A stretch of DNA of 64,000 nucleotides from Phoronis australis. Its lineage: Eukaryota; Animalia; Phoronida. The notes beneath the pieces are model-generated. The model saw only the letters and a list, made by a program, of their open reading frames with translations. It was not told the DNA's origin and ran no database searches. Where the stretch lies: the NCBI GenBank assembly GCA_002633005.1, contig NMRA01000243.1, forward strand, positions 523,718-587,717, in the 5' to 3' direction. Positions 1 through 13,068 of this stretch are shown here, piece after piece. The first letter of the stretch is position 1, and each line of letters starts with the position of its first letter. Both the position numbers and the translations under genes were made by a program.

Positions 1-376
1 ACACTCTGCGCACGCGAAATAAGGTACCTTTTGTTCTTATTCAGCAGCGTATTATCCCTCTATCATTTCGGCTCTCAATCCGTTACGAGGAGCCGCAAAA
101 ACATTCCACGAAAGCATCGAGGTGCATCTCTAACGGATCTAATTAAAGCTGTTACGTCACGAAGTGTGACGTCATTGACACATCCGTCCGGTAGGCGGAT
201 GGTGTACCTTCCGATTGCAGTTATCAAACGTGACCTTTGATCTTTCCTCTCGGATTGATGACCTTTGACCCAGAACCCGCAAAAAGGGCGTCCTGAATGA
301 CTTACTATACTACTAATACTGTTAATATTTTCAATGCCAGACAGTTACTCGAAGAGCTAAAACAATGTCAGTGTCA

Positions 377-480
377 TATAAGAATGTTCAGCATGACGTC
401 ATTTCGACGTTTTGGACCCAGTGTGACGGCATGTCTATTCTTACTTCCGGGTCCAAACTGCGTCATCTACTGCTATGACA
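377..480 (-). repeat. Dispersed ~110-bp repeat, copy 1 (inverted relative to copies 2 and 3)
   Basis: Reverse complement matches 13248-13362 and 32161-32274 (ggcagtagatgacgca..ttggacc..gaa.taagaatagacatgccgtcacactgg..ccaaaacgtc..aaatgacgtca..aacattc.tata). Confidence 0.85.
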
Positions 481-1440
481 TTTCATGACTAAACATCTGA
501 ATATCCCGTTTTTAGGATGTCATCCAAAACTGGTTATGTCAGGTTCTGTTGTAAAACTGGCACATTGCCCGAGTACTTTTCATTTTTTTCACGAAGTAGA
601 TCATTGATTCGAAGTGGTCTGTAATTACCTCAAAACTGATTCACCCAAAGCGTTAAGCACGCTTTCTGGTTCAGCAGACTTTGTAAGCTGTTGACATGCT
701 TGTTCCAAACATATGAAGGTTGACGAAGGCTATAAAGATATAGTGGTAATTAATAACTATTCTTAGGCTAGCACATGTTTAGGGTATACTCTCAGGGTTT
801 AAAATTAACAAAATTGCTATTTTGGAAGTTAAATACATGAGCGCAACAAATATGTTCTACAAATAGAAACTCGTAGCTTTTGTGATGACATCATTCCCAG
901 ACAGCCAACAGCTCGGAGGAGAAACTGAAAGCTGACATTACGTGTACGGGGGTTCCTTCGTCTCTATACAGAGTATTAGACGGCGATGACCAAAAGTGGG
1001 CACATCTAGGACGTAATTGGTTTTGTGTATTGGATTTTTGGGATTGACATAATCCTTTGTCTTGGCGTGATGTCATCAGACGGATCGGAAAGGTCCAAGG
1101 AAACAGCCCTAAGCGAGTTTCGATATCAAAATATTCGAAATAGTTCACTTACCTCTATAAAACTGGTTTTCATTAGTTGTGTAAGAAGTGAATTTTGACT
1201 CCTTGGCAACTTATAACAAATCGTTGTTATTGGTAAAGACTGTACTCGTCGGTGCTCCTAATTTTTGCGGGATCGTAAGTTATAGCTTAGCTCAAAAAGG
1301 TTACCTGGCACCGCTCGTAATACTGGACATATATTGCATTTTGGCTAATCAATGATAGCGGTGAAGTTGAGTATGTAGGTGTACTTGATATCATTTAAAA
1401 TTCGCTCTGCATGAAATGCTATATATCATGTTTTTTCCAG

Positions 1441-3337
1441 ATTTACAGATAGCGATTTCCATTGTCTCAAAATGACAAAAATTGATCGTGCAATCGCCGA
1501 TGTTGGAGTTTTTCGACAGAGTACTATGCCTGCGTCCTACGGCATGGCTTATCCAGATGATTCTAATGACGTCGGACCTATTATGGCCAATCACCTGCTA
1601 TCTAACACAAATGAACATGAAACTGGTCGCCATATTGGGCCGACAGAGGATGCTGCCCCTAGCTCTAGAAGGCAGTCACAAGTAAGTGTTGAAGTTCATC
1701 ACAGGCCGCCGTCGGAAAGCTTGGGTGACTCATGGAATTTCAGCCGTACTAGTTACACGCATAACAGTCATTCGAAGAGCGTAGAAATCTCAAGTACTTT
1801 TGGAGCCAGATGGAAACCAGAGAGAAAGGTTCGGAGTTGCGAAGGTGTTTTGTATGATGACAGTACGAGCTCACAGTGCGATTCATTTGGAAGCAGCAAA
1901 ACGTATATTTGTCGTTCAGAATTCGACTACGGCGAAGCATCGCCGGAGGTAAGTCGGAAGGTGCGTTATAGTGACAGAGAGTGCGTAGAGGACGAAACAA
2001 TTGAAGAATTTGACAACCTGCACATGTCTGGAAGTGACGAAACAGAAACGCTAAACGGTTCGCGGAAATACCGCGACATCTGGAATTTGCGTGCTACTTT
2101 GGAGGAGGAAAACGAAGACGGGGAATTGAGTGACCTTTTACCAGCGGAAGATGTAACGTCGCAGGATGAGCCCGAGTCTTCAGGAGAAAAAGACATTATA
2201 GCGACGTATGCGACATCTTTCGAGTCATACACCGACTCTGTGATATATGAGAACGAATCAAAATGTGAAGAGGGCAAAAAGGTTGGTACGTCAAATTACC
2301 AATACCTCCATCCGAATTACGAAGCCAGGCGTCAAAAATATAAAAGTATATTAACAAAAAGATTACAAAATAAAATGGACCCTAACAGTAGTACTGATAA
2401 GAGTTTTGACAGTTTCGAAACTCAAGACACGGACGGATATATGTCAGAATCTAGTCGGCCGGAAGTAACAACGACGTCTTTCGAATCGAGCACAACCACC
2501 GAGAACACGGACAGCACTGGTGATAGTCAAACGCACAAACTTCAGCAAATGAAATGTGATAGCGGGTATAAGTCTTTGGAGACTCAAAAACCACCCAAAC
2601 TAGCCAAGAAACAGATAAGTTTCGCCGACCAGGACACCAGTATTGAAGTAGAGGAAGTCCCGGTAGAGGACTCCCGTGACGACAGAAGTAAAACTAGCCA
2701 CACGTTTGACCGACGTTCTGGCAAAACCGCGTCGAAAAAGCGTCGCGATTTCCACCGAGAACGACAAATGATCCACGTATATGAGAGTATCAACGAACCG
2801 GATACTGACTCAAAATCCGACCAGCCATCAGGCGACAGTTTCGACGAGCCAAACCAACCAAGCAAAATGTCCGTTTTCTCACGTTTTTTTAAATCGTATA
2901 ACAGCTCTCGTGAAAAAATGTTAAAAAGCCGAGATTACAGCATAGATGAAAAGACAGACGCGTTGTTTAAAGAGTTTATTCGACATGATCCTGATCTAGA
3001 GGAAAGGAACAGCTACCGCCGTTCTCCAAGGGCGCACCATCGACACAGGTTACACCGGAAACAAACGGTTGACCAAGGTTCATTAGAGTTTCCACGTAAG
3101 ACAAAACTGTCAATATCCCTCAGAAGTGCAAGTTTAGGAAGCGACAGCAGCGCCCCCTCGTCGAGGCGCATATCGCCTCAGGACAGCATTGAGGAAGAAT
3201 ACTTGCGACTTGAATCGGAAAACACGTGGGAGGGGATTTCAACCAATCAGGTTAGCGCACAAAATGGTGACAATAAAACCTCAGCGACAATCCACGAAAT
3301 CCCTATAATTAAACTACCTGAAGAGGAAGATAGTTGA
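1441..3337 (+). CDS. CBARP: Terminal coding exon of a BARP/CBARP-like protein (voltage-gated calcium channel beta-subunit-associated regulatory protein homolog)
   Basis: Acceptor ttttttccag at 1431-1440; frame open from 1442 (FTDSDFHCLKM) to TGA at 3337. Colinear motifs match vertebrate BARP as recalled from memory: FTDSDFHCLK (LTEGDFHHLK), YRDIWNLRATLE at 2069-2104 (YRDLWSLRASLE), KLQQMKCDSGYKSLE (RLLQMDSGYASIE), RDYSIDEKTDALFKEFIRHDP at 2930-2992 (RDYSIDEKTDALFHEFLRHDP), IPIIKLPEEE (IPVIEEE). The N-terminal TM exons would lie upstream of the window. Confidence 0.8.
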
Positions 3338-6300
3338 ACGTGATTCAACTAAGCTCAATAATGTTACGCATTCGTTCTTGTGTTTATCTTCGTTGATGCT
3401 GGGTGGAGTCATACAGTGTTTTTTGTAATCATTTAAAGTACTCTGCAAATGACAAGTAAGGCCTATATGTGCGTAAGAGAATGTGACATCGTTCCGTAGA
3501 CGCAAGACACTCGTGAGTGAAGCTAATGTGATCACGTGTTTTGCTTATAATGCCTGGTGATATCTCACAGTCTTGCGTGGTCTCGCTTTTCTCGTCAGAA
3601 ACTTCCTCTTCAGAACGTAGAACCAGAGTCTTCAGTTACCCTGCATGCGTCATATTCATATTTAGTTTCGTTGTTACTAATTTCAGCTTCAAAACTGAAA
3701 GGCTTTTGCGTTAATTTTTATTGTTATTAGCTGTAATTAAGGTTCAGACACGGGTAAACAACAAACAGTAGTATCGTGCTCATCCATCAGTTTGGTGATA
3801 AAAATATACACCAAAAATTAATTAATTCATCACCAATATTTTACACTAAAACCACCAGAACAATGCCAATTTTCATGTTTGTAATATATTTGGACTTACT
3901 GTTTTGCACACAGGATATGGAAATGATATGCTTTTTACATATTCACTTTCTTTATAGAAAATTGATTTTATACATATTTTCACTGTCAGTGAACAGACGT
4001 GAACGGAAGAGAGATAACATATTATGTTTCTCGAATCTCAAATTTGTCATCATGATTTTAGAAGTGACTCCAGTGACTTACTTTCGTGTTGCACAATAGA
4101 CAATAGAACATAAATCACCAACTCCGTATACATCTTAGTGATGCACAACTTGAATAGCGGCATTCGGTTTTATGCACGTTTTACTGTTGGCAAGTACGTC
4201 GTACGCTCTTTAATCAGTAACTGAGTTGTGCAATGGGAGACAGTGGCGCCTCCTCTCGGAATTCCACAACAAAACATTGGAGTTACGAATCTGTTGTGTA
4301 TGATCTATGTTTGCACCTACCTCCGCTCACGTTCTTGCTTTTAAGTGGCGCAAGCAAAGAAAAGAATATCTTTAAAACTTCGTTTCCACCCACCTATTGT
4401 CTAAATATAAACACGAAAAATAAGCCAATTAGCCTACTGTGTCAAACTAGATTCACAAGAATCCTTTCCACAAAAACAAATACCAGCAGAAATTTAGAGA
4501 GCATTTGAAAATGCATGGAAGAGGCTCACGTTTGAGAGTGCTGGTCTGTGCTTTCAAGTTGACTACTGGCTGTGCCCAGAATATCTGTGGGTGTGAAATT
4601 CGTTTTCTGTCATTCCATGGAACCGTTTGTTACATCTTTTGTATAGCCAAGTTACCTACAGTTTGCAATATAAGCACTGATTAAGAATGAAATTGCCCGT
4701 GATTGATATATTTCGCATTGTTCGTGAAATATGGCTATTTTATTGGGACATCCCAGTTTACACAACGGCGAGTGTCGAAAGTTTTGATTTAATTTCGAAA
4801 TTGGTGGTGACAAAAATGGAGTCGGGAAATAAGACAAGTGAACACTTCTTGTTTTCCATAGTTATAATGTAAATCAAGATATTGATTCCCGAAAATCAGG
4901 GCAGGATGCGTGGAAAACGCCTAGGTCCGCAGACTTTTCGTTGTCGACGAGCTTGCGGGGACACTTACAGTGTAAATCGTCGATTTACAGAGTTTGAACA
5001 AGGATTCAATGCACGCGAAAATTAGCCCGAGAATTTACGTCCGAATAAATAATTACAGGCCCGTATCAAAGGAAATCAATTCACCTTCCTAACGTGTCGC
5101 ACGTTCTGTCTTTTTTCTTAATAGTATCTGAAATGAATTAGGCTAACAATCAATTTGTGGAACGTAATACTATGTGAGTGACTGTTCACATGACTTGCGG
5201 AAACGTGATCACGCCGACATGACTCGTGTATTCTAACTCCCTTGCAGTAGACCACCACTGCCCAATAATTAAACTTAACGCTAGTTAACCAAGTGAAGAC
5301 CTCATCGTTAGTTGTGTTATGAAATAGCTTACCAGCGCATCTATGTTGTGCCAACGAACTTAAAATGCAATGCAACACTGACTGGCAACCGCAATATCTA
5401 GCCGTTTGAATCAATCCTCCATCTGTGCGAAGCTGAGTGAGTTATCAATTATTGCATAGCCTCAAAGAGATCGTGGATATGCCGCTGTGTGTAACAGTTA
5501 CTTTTTCTAACTCGTACCTTTGTGATCATGTGGATTCATGACGGTAACAGTTTCAGTGAAATGTCATCGGCAAAACAACGAAATGAATCTGTTGCTGTAG
5601 TGCGTATGCAGCTAAGGTCATAGTTGCTTTGCGCTTGCGCAACTTCTCAACGGGTAGTATGGTGGGCGTGGCCTAACTGTGTTTGTCGGGACTATCCACC
5701 TGACCACTCTTGTCACGTTTCTCTTTGACTCACCAGTATGAGCTGGTTTTCATATTTTAAACTCATACGCTCAAATTTGCTTATTTTTACCATGAGTACA
5801 TGTATTCATTTACTCGGCATCAGGTTGGATATAAAGATTTGATCTTAAGTTTTTAATTTACGGATAAATGATATTTTTTCTTCTTAGGTGCAAGTGTAAT
5901 GGTTCATTGTTGATAAATCGGATTATAATGCCTCATTTTATTTCTTAACATGGACTGTACGAAAGCAACTCTCGATGACCACCTTTCGGTTTCGTAGACC
6001 ATCATGCCCTAGTGGTCATTCTGTGAAAACACATTTCCGGGTGTTGCTATTAGTAGACCTTGAGAGGTGTACGAATGTAACGATTTCATCTTTGTCTGGA
6101 TTGTTTGCTGTGGACAATGGAGGGAACTTTTTTATTGACACTCGGGATTTTTACGTTTCAGCTAAAAAGCCTGAATGTGGAGTGTGCAAGTACAACTTGA
6201 ATTCTCTTGCTGTAGTATTGAGTAGTTTTGCAATTACTTTTTAATTGGTGTCTTTTACGATTTCATACAAACATTACTATTTTCAATATAGCACAAACGT

Positions 6301-7007
6301 GTTTTAAATAAATAGGACACACTTGTTGCAGTTTGCTTTGCTTTTACTCATTGTCGCCTGACAGTGACGTCTATGATTGCCTTGGTTTCGCTCAGTTACG
6401 AATTTGCATTGCTGTCTCGAAGCTGGACTATGAACTTAATGTTCTGAATTTACGTTGATATTCATTCCTTAACATTTGCCACAAATCGTTACTCTTTTAG
6501 CCCCAATCTGGAATTCGTTTTGTTCAGAGGCTTTTTACTGTAAGCATTGGGTTTCCACATGCGACGTGCTCATTCGATGACAAAGTTTGTCCATTTCCGT
6601 TTTACGTTATGGAGCACTACGTTGTACCGTCTCACGGAAAATGGCGAATTGTATAAAATGAACGTGCATTGACATATAAGCTGCGTCAAAATTAACATAT
6701 GCACGATACCTCGAACCATGCACGTGAACCACCAACTGATTTGCACGAATAAGTGAATAAAGTGAATAGCTGAAAGACTGCAGCATCACGCACAAAAGCA
6801 TGCTCACGAACCGCACTCTCATTTGCTAGAACATAAATCATCGGCATCTATGGCCAGCGGTGCATGTGGATGAGTTTGCGGTTCGTTCTATACGTAAGAG
6901 TTTTCGTGTGCATGGCTGTATCGCGCACATGTTTTGCCGTTCACGTGCGATATTCGAAGATTTATTCGGATGGTTCATTGGTTCGTGTTTCGTACACATG
7001 ATTATCT

Positions 7008-7008
<1 letters not shown>

Positions 7009-7052
<44 letters not shown>

Positions 7053-7079
7053 ACGCACGCACGCACGCACTCACACACA
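7009..7079. repeat. (CA)n microsatellite with (CACG)n tail
   Basis: Directly visible dinucleotide run. Confidence 0.95.
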
Positions 7080-8199
7080 TGTGTTGATGAACTCGTTTAC
7101 TCAGGGTTGAATGTTTAGTAATAAGTTCTAAGCAGTATTAAATTGTGAAATGAATGTACCGCCAACCTTTACCTGGCACTTGTAGAGAGATTATTTTCGA
7201 ATGTCTATACTTTACATATAGAAGTCTCTTTTCGCTTAATTTTACTTCAAGTGACTTTTACTCACCTAACATCAAAACAACTTTTGCGTTAGGGAGCGCT
7301 CACACAAAAGTCTCATTTACGCCGTTTTAGACTGTTTTTGCTGATGTCTATCGCACGTGAAAGGCATTCTGCGCGCCAATCTTATGCTAATCACTCGTAA
7401 GACTGCTGATATGGAACTTTCTGAACGTTTGTCTTAAGCGTCGGTCCACTTTCTGATCAGAGGTCCTGTCTGTCTCAATTCTCATAAAATTACACCGTGC
7501 GAGACAATTAACATAATTCGTTTATCAACTAGTAATTACCTAAAATTCGTTGCCATAAGCAAGTGAAACGCATGGTGTGACAATGTTTGCCGTTCTGCAA
7601 TATACATGTATCTAAGTGATGTAGGCACTGGCCTTATATAAAAATAAGTCTTATAAACAACTAGAACTCGCACTCTACATAATAAAAAATAACCTAATAG
7701 AGATCAGTGATATACTCCCCTCTAATCAGGAATGACGTGGACTCGTCCAGACGACCACGCCACATAGTGGACCCATAAAGTGAACAACGTCGACGTAGAA
7801 ATCTTTCATCATTATTCCGTCATTTTAGCTTCTTTTATTATAGATGAACAACGGCTGACGAGCTTTCATCAATTCCCACGTTAATGTCTGTATTTACAGA
7901 AGCTGCAAATGCGTTGAAAAAAACAGACCAGACGACATAAAACACTGCTCACATTTGCATAATTTTGGCGGAAGCTTTCCCCATCCACATGATATATTCG
8001 CAAAATTGACAAAATTAGGAGGGTATACTTCTCCTACCAGAAATAACCCTCGGGTGTGGTGGCTTCATTTAAGATAAGATTTTTGGAATTTGGGAATGTA
8101 TTTTTTTTAAAAGACATGCATTTAGAACACTGGAAGCTCTGTTGATAATTATTCAGGTGACGGAGGAGACTTCCACAAATTTCTCCGAAAACTGCCTCC

Positions 8200-8327
8200 C
8201 GTTCAGTAACGCTAGGACCTCGCTAAACAGGAAAACATCGCGAGATGATGTGAGATATTGCCGTGTATTTTAAATGAGAACACGTGACTTTAGTTAGATT
8301 TTAGCTAAGCCCTAGCGTTACTGAACG
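8200..8327. mobile_element. Short MITE-like element with a 17-bp perfect inverted repeat
   Basis: cgttcagtaacgctagg (8200-8216) and cctagcgttactgaacg (8311-8327); lies ~75 nt downstream of the 8402 stop codon. Confidence 0.65.
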
Positions 8328-8401
8328 CACGCGTGGTTTTAGCAGGGCACTCTCCAAAGGCCATGGGATTGAACGTATGAGCGAAAACTGCGAAATCGCA
8401 A

Positions 8402-9775
8402 TTAAACAGTTTCGTTAACGCATACCTCATCTTCGTTACCAGATGAAACTGCTTTTTGTTGCGCCCTAACTTGAAACTCCTTAATGCGCTCCTCTAGTTC
8501 AATCTGAAATGGTGATTTCTGGTTGATAATTTTACCATCCTTACCATGTTTCTTGTCCAATTGTTTGGCGTGCTTTTGTGGTTTTACGTTTGTTTTCGAA
8601 AACATTTTGGAGACAGGTTGGGATATCTTTGAATCATGTTCAAGCCGGTGTTCGTATCCGCTATCTGTACTGTCTGTTTTATTCGACTCTTGTTTCGTGA
8701 ATTTCGGTAATTGCTTCGAGTTTTCCTTTTGAGCAATGTTCTTTGTGAGAGCAGGTTCTGGTTTTGTCTTTTTGTCTTTTTGCTCTTTTGACAAATCATT
8801 TTCGCCATGATTTCCTTTGTTCATAGAAGGTTTGGTCTTTGATTCAGACACAGAAACGTCATAAGACGACACCCGTTTTTCTGGGCTGACTTTTCCAGAG
8901 GGTGTTACGGTAATCACGGTAACATATCTGCCAGCATCCGTTGAGCGTTTGTTACCCAACCCCTTCGCTTGATTCTCCTCGCTAGATATAACGTGTTCCT
9001 CCGAACGCCTCTTCTTTTTAAGAACGTTTCTAAAGTCGCCATTTAGCTCATCAAATTCGGATTTTTTTGCTTTCAGACGTTTAGAAGACAATCGAATCTT
9101 ATTTCTTCTAGACAATCGCTGCCGTAAACTCACCAGCTTCGTTTTCTTGTCAAGAGATGGCGCTTTCTGTATATTTGTTTTAAAACGTTTCCAGAAGACA
9201 ACCCTTTCTTGTTGTTTTGGTTTGTCGTTGTGCATTTTAAGGTCTTCGTTGAGCGTACCTTTCTTTTTGCGCCTTCTGGGTGACTTCCTAAAGGCTGTGG
9301 CGAGGATTTTGAAAATGTTTTGATTACGCCGAGGGACTTCGGGTGAGTTTGATTTGATACGTATTGAGCCATTTGCATCACTCGTAGCAGAAGGCGCGTG
9401 CGCGTGTGTATCAGTTGACTTCACAACGTCTACAGGATGTGTCTTCGGTAGCGGGATGTTAGCTGGTGACACTGGAGTACTGATGCTTGCGTTGCTCGCG
9501 TTTTGTGACGACCTGTATAACTGTGATAATTCAGTAAAACGACTCATATCCATTTCTACGGAATCCAGAAAATCAGATATCGGCGTGTCGTTATCGACGT
9601 GGCTTTCATCAACCCTTGTCTTGTTTGCTGACGTCCTTGGCTTTACATTAAACAATGGTTGTCGTTTTGGTAGTGACATATACCGTGTGCTCCCGGGTGA
9701 TCGAAAAGAGCTGAGCAAGCCCGAGGAACGACGAATGGGTGTATACACTCTTGTGGCAGTATCCCGATCGCTAGG
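8402..9775 (-). CDS. Terminal exon of an uncharacterised Lys/Arg/Ser-rich low-complexity protein
   Basis: 457-codon open frame. The ORF-track start is TTG just after an in-frame stop, and the acceptor ttgtcgtttcag|cct at 9776/9775 is phase 0, matching the phase-0 donor at 11548. Confidence 0.7.
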   Translation of the reverse strand, partial: PSDRDTATRVYTPIRRSSGLLSSFRSPGSTRYMSLPKRQPLFNVKPRTSANKTRVDESHVDNDTPISDFLDSVEMDMSRFTELSQLYRSSQNASNASISTPVSPANIPLPKTHPVDVVKSTDTHAHAPSATSDANGSIRIKSNSPEVPRRNQNIFKILATAFRKSPRRRKKKGTLNEDLKMHNDKPKQQERVVFWKRFKTNIQKAPSLDKKTKLVSLRQRLSRRNKIRLSSKRLKAKKSEFDELNGDFRNVLKKKRRSEEHVISSEENQAKGLGNKRSTDAGRYVTVITVTPSGKVSPEKRVSSYDVSVSESKTKPSMNKGNHGENDLSKEQKDKKTKPEPALTKNIAQKENSKQLPKFTKQESNKTDSTDSGYEHRLEHDSKISQPVSKMFSKTNVKPQKHAKQLDKKHGKDGKIINQKSPFQIELEERIKEFQVRAQQKAVSSGNEDEVCVNETV

Positions 9776-11547
9776 CTGAAACGACAAGTTCGCAATTTAG
9801 TTTTAACATTGCACTCCTTAGTCACAATTAAATTCTGGTCAAACCCGTTCGTTGGTGACAGAGTTCGTCAATGCTGATGTCAAAGATATTTATTTCAGTT
9901 TGAAATGACTAGTGCTGATCATTCGTGGGATACGAGCACCGTGGTTACTAACGTAGAATTGTCGTGAGGACTTGACAAGGACCTCAGGGGTCTCACACTC
10001 CTCTGATTTATCCACATTATTTTGAAAACGCTTTGCCCAGTCACCTATTGTGTGTCATAAAAGAGATAAGCATACCTGCAGCTGACGCAGCAAGTAGAAC
10101 TACTCTCGTTTATCACATTGGTGTAGACTCACAGTTGAACTGTGGTTTTCTGTTGACCCCAGACCGTCCGGAGTTGCACCATATACCAACTCCGGACGGT
10201 CTCTCACGACGATTTAGCGTTATGTACTTACTACCACTCATTCTCGTAATCCAAAAATCTGTGTTTGATCCAGAGACAGAGACAGTGGCCTCCATGTTGC
10301 ACTATTAGGCTAGTAATTATGGTCGTCTGCTTACTCCCAAAATCCTCAAAAACTCGACTTACTTTTACGCGGTTAAATTAGAAAAAGCACCTATCCGAGG
10401 ACATAGTCCTACAGTAAATGTCTTTCAGTGTCGTAAACATTCTTTTCCTTACAAAGCTGGAATGCATGTAATAGATCGGATATTTTCCCAAAGCGTTTGG
10501 CGAGGTCATGGTACTCTAATTTTGGCAATTCATCATGCGACCTTACAAACTAGATCGACAAAATGGCCGTCAGTGAACGGTGGGACTCGATACCCTTATG
10601 GCTCTCTGCTCGGAGTGCTGCTTTTCAGGTGTAGACGTCACGTGCAACTACACGTTCAATACTTTCGTCCTGTCAACCATGACTTCCGGGCGAGAGTTAT
10701 TCGTGAATGTCATGCCTTGTATATCATGGTTGCTCTTGATTCACTCCACCGTTTCAGCCGGTTTAACCCGCTAAGGCATCTTTATTGCTTTATTAACAAG
10801 GTCGTCGTCGAGAACAGCCTGCCATCGGTTGCCTTAGTTTTCAGCGCAATTGTGGATTTTGTCCACGCACTTATGTAATATTCTTCCACCACTTTATCTT
10901 TATTATGAACTTCTTTTTGACTTCTGAATTTTTTAGTAATAGGCCTACATTATCTGAAAACTAAGCACTTTTTACTTGAATGAAAATAGATAATGACTAT
11001 GTCTTTAAATTATGGAATTACGTGAGAGGTCGCTGTTCATTTTGAATGATAATGCCACTCAGACCGTCTGTATCAGACTTACAACTTGACGTAGCAATGA
11101 AGATAACGTAGGACAATCAGTGCTTTCACTGCTAAGTCCACGAGCGTGCTGAAAATTTATGCCACGTAATTTCATGCAGCCGGGTGCAGATGCCTTAGCA
11201 CGGCAGCGTTCCCTAAACTCGAGAAGCTCGCGAAAACGTAAGATCACGCAAGACTGCGAGATATCGCCATACGTTGCAAGTGAAACACATTCAGTCCAGG
11301 TTAACTTGGCTGAACTGGTGTAGTAAATTAAGTGCAACCAATAAACTCGCCTCAGGGGTCTCTCTAAACATAGTTTTACATTAATACTGAGGGACACACG
11401 TAGCTAGATTTGAACGCGTGCGCCACCAGTGGTCTTGCTTGCTTTCACATTATTGAATCGATCTTATTTCCTGGTTCTGAAAAGATACCTCCGTCCTTTT
11501 AAAATGTGTGCAAGAGTTTTTGACGAAGTTTAACAAACAAAGATTAC

Positions 11548-11985
11548 CTGTCGAATGGAGCCGTTGTCTTTACCTTTCCAAATGATTTCATTTTTGTATC
11601 GTAAAACTGGGCGGTATATTCTCAGAAAACTGCTTGTTAAAACGGTTCTTCGTAATCTACACACAGGCAAACTGATGTCGCTTCTAAAAGACTTGGAGTC
11701 ACTGACAACGCTGCTGTCGTCTGCGTAACTTAGATGTGTTTCGTGGTCGCTGTCGTCTGCCTCCGACCGATTAAGTAGTTCACTGACGTCCTCCGGTCGT
11801 AACTGGCTGAGAATTTTCGGTTTGTATTGGCTCAGAAGGCTGCCGTGATGAGTTAACTTGGACAAAGGCCGATGTTCCTGCTGTGGCGCCGGCTCTGTTG
11901 TAAACTCTTCCGAGGGAAATTTTAGTGTCCGGATGAAACGACGTCTGCTCTGAAGCTGCGTGCGATATGGTTGAAACATCTCCAT
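11548..11985 (-). CDS. Upstream coding exon of the same uncharacterised protein (joined product ~603 aa)
   Basis: Acceptor gctttcttttctag|a ATG at 11987/11986; 146 codons open to the donor CAG|gtaatc at 11548/11547 (phase 0). A possible phase-2 upstream mini-exon MDKEISG at 14649-14630 (GG|gtaagt) is unconfirmed. Confidence 0.6.
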
Positions 11986-12391
11986 TCTAGAAAAGAAAGC
12001 TCAAAATGAAATGTTCGTTTATAGCCATTGGTGTAACGAAAATTGTGACAACTCACCGTAGTCTAAAAATTTAGCGTTGCCTCAATTCCAAACCAGCAAA
12101 TACTCGTGCACAGATATATGCAAAGTAAATTATTATTTCCGTTCATGTGCGCAAAAAACAATGCATATCCGTATACATTTTTAATTGGTTCATTTCTCAA
12201 AATAAGTACATAAAAGAAAAAAATATGAGACAAAGCATACATACACACCATGCATGCAAAAACAGATACACACTCACACACACACAAACACACACACACT
12301 AACACACTCACACGCATCATCTAACTTTAAATAAGCATGGTTGTTGCAGGTAAGTAATACCAATTTCCTAAAGCAGTCTGAAGGGATTGAC

Positions 12392-13068
12392 TAGAGAGGT
12401 TTCGCAAAGCGACGCGAACTTAGATTATCACGAATTTATAACACCGCGTCACACATGCCATTGTTGGCTGTGACGTAATCCAAATAATGTTAGAGTATTT
12501 TACGCGCATACAAGGAGATTCGCGTCTCTTTAAACGCAAAACCTGTTGCCCCTTTTTTATTTTATTTGGTTAGACATCGAAAAATTTTTTATTTTGATAG
12601 GGCTCTCGATCATTTTTATTTGCTTCCGTATGAAATGAACACGATTCTTTTGTCTATAAATGTTAATAAAGTTTAGTTGCAAGAAAGCACTTTTTCAAAA
12701 TCCTTATTCTGCCGGGGTTCGCTGGATATCATCGAACTGCAATGGATTTTAACAAATATGATTAATTTCCTATCTTACATGCATCTCTTTACTTTAAACT
12801 CCAAATAAATTTCGCATCCTAAGAATTGAACATTTTTCGCAGGAGTTCGTAGAAACGACTTTATTCACATTCAACATATATTTCTATCTCAGCGGGTATA
12901 TACTACGATAGTTAGACACCCTGAGCTCAGTTATTCAATTCATATTTACACTCACGCGTAAAAAATAGCTGTTGCGAAACCCATTTTTGTTACTGTATAC
13001 TATAAATCTCACACGCAATTACGTACGCGTCATGATTCACTTTCACGTCGCTTTGCGAAACTTCTCTA
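12392..13068. mobile_element. Non-autonomous DNA transposon (MITE, PIF/Harbinger-like termini)
   Basis: TIRs tagagaggtttcgcaaagcgacgcgaa / ttcacgtcgctttgcgaaacttctcta match at 25/27; AT-rich interior without an ORF. Confidence 0.75.

Noticed and set aside
6838-7080. Cys/Val-rich ORF (also 12063-12320)
   Set aside because: Translation of (TG)n microsatellites.
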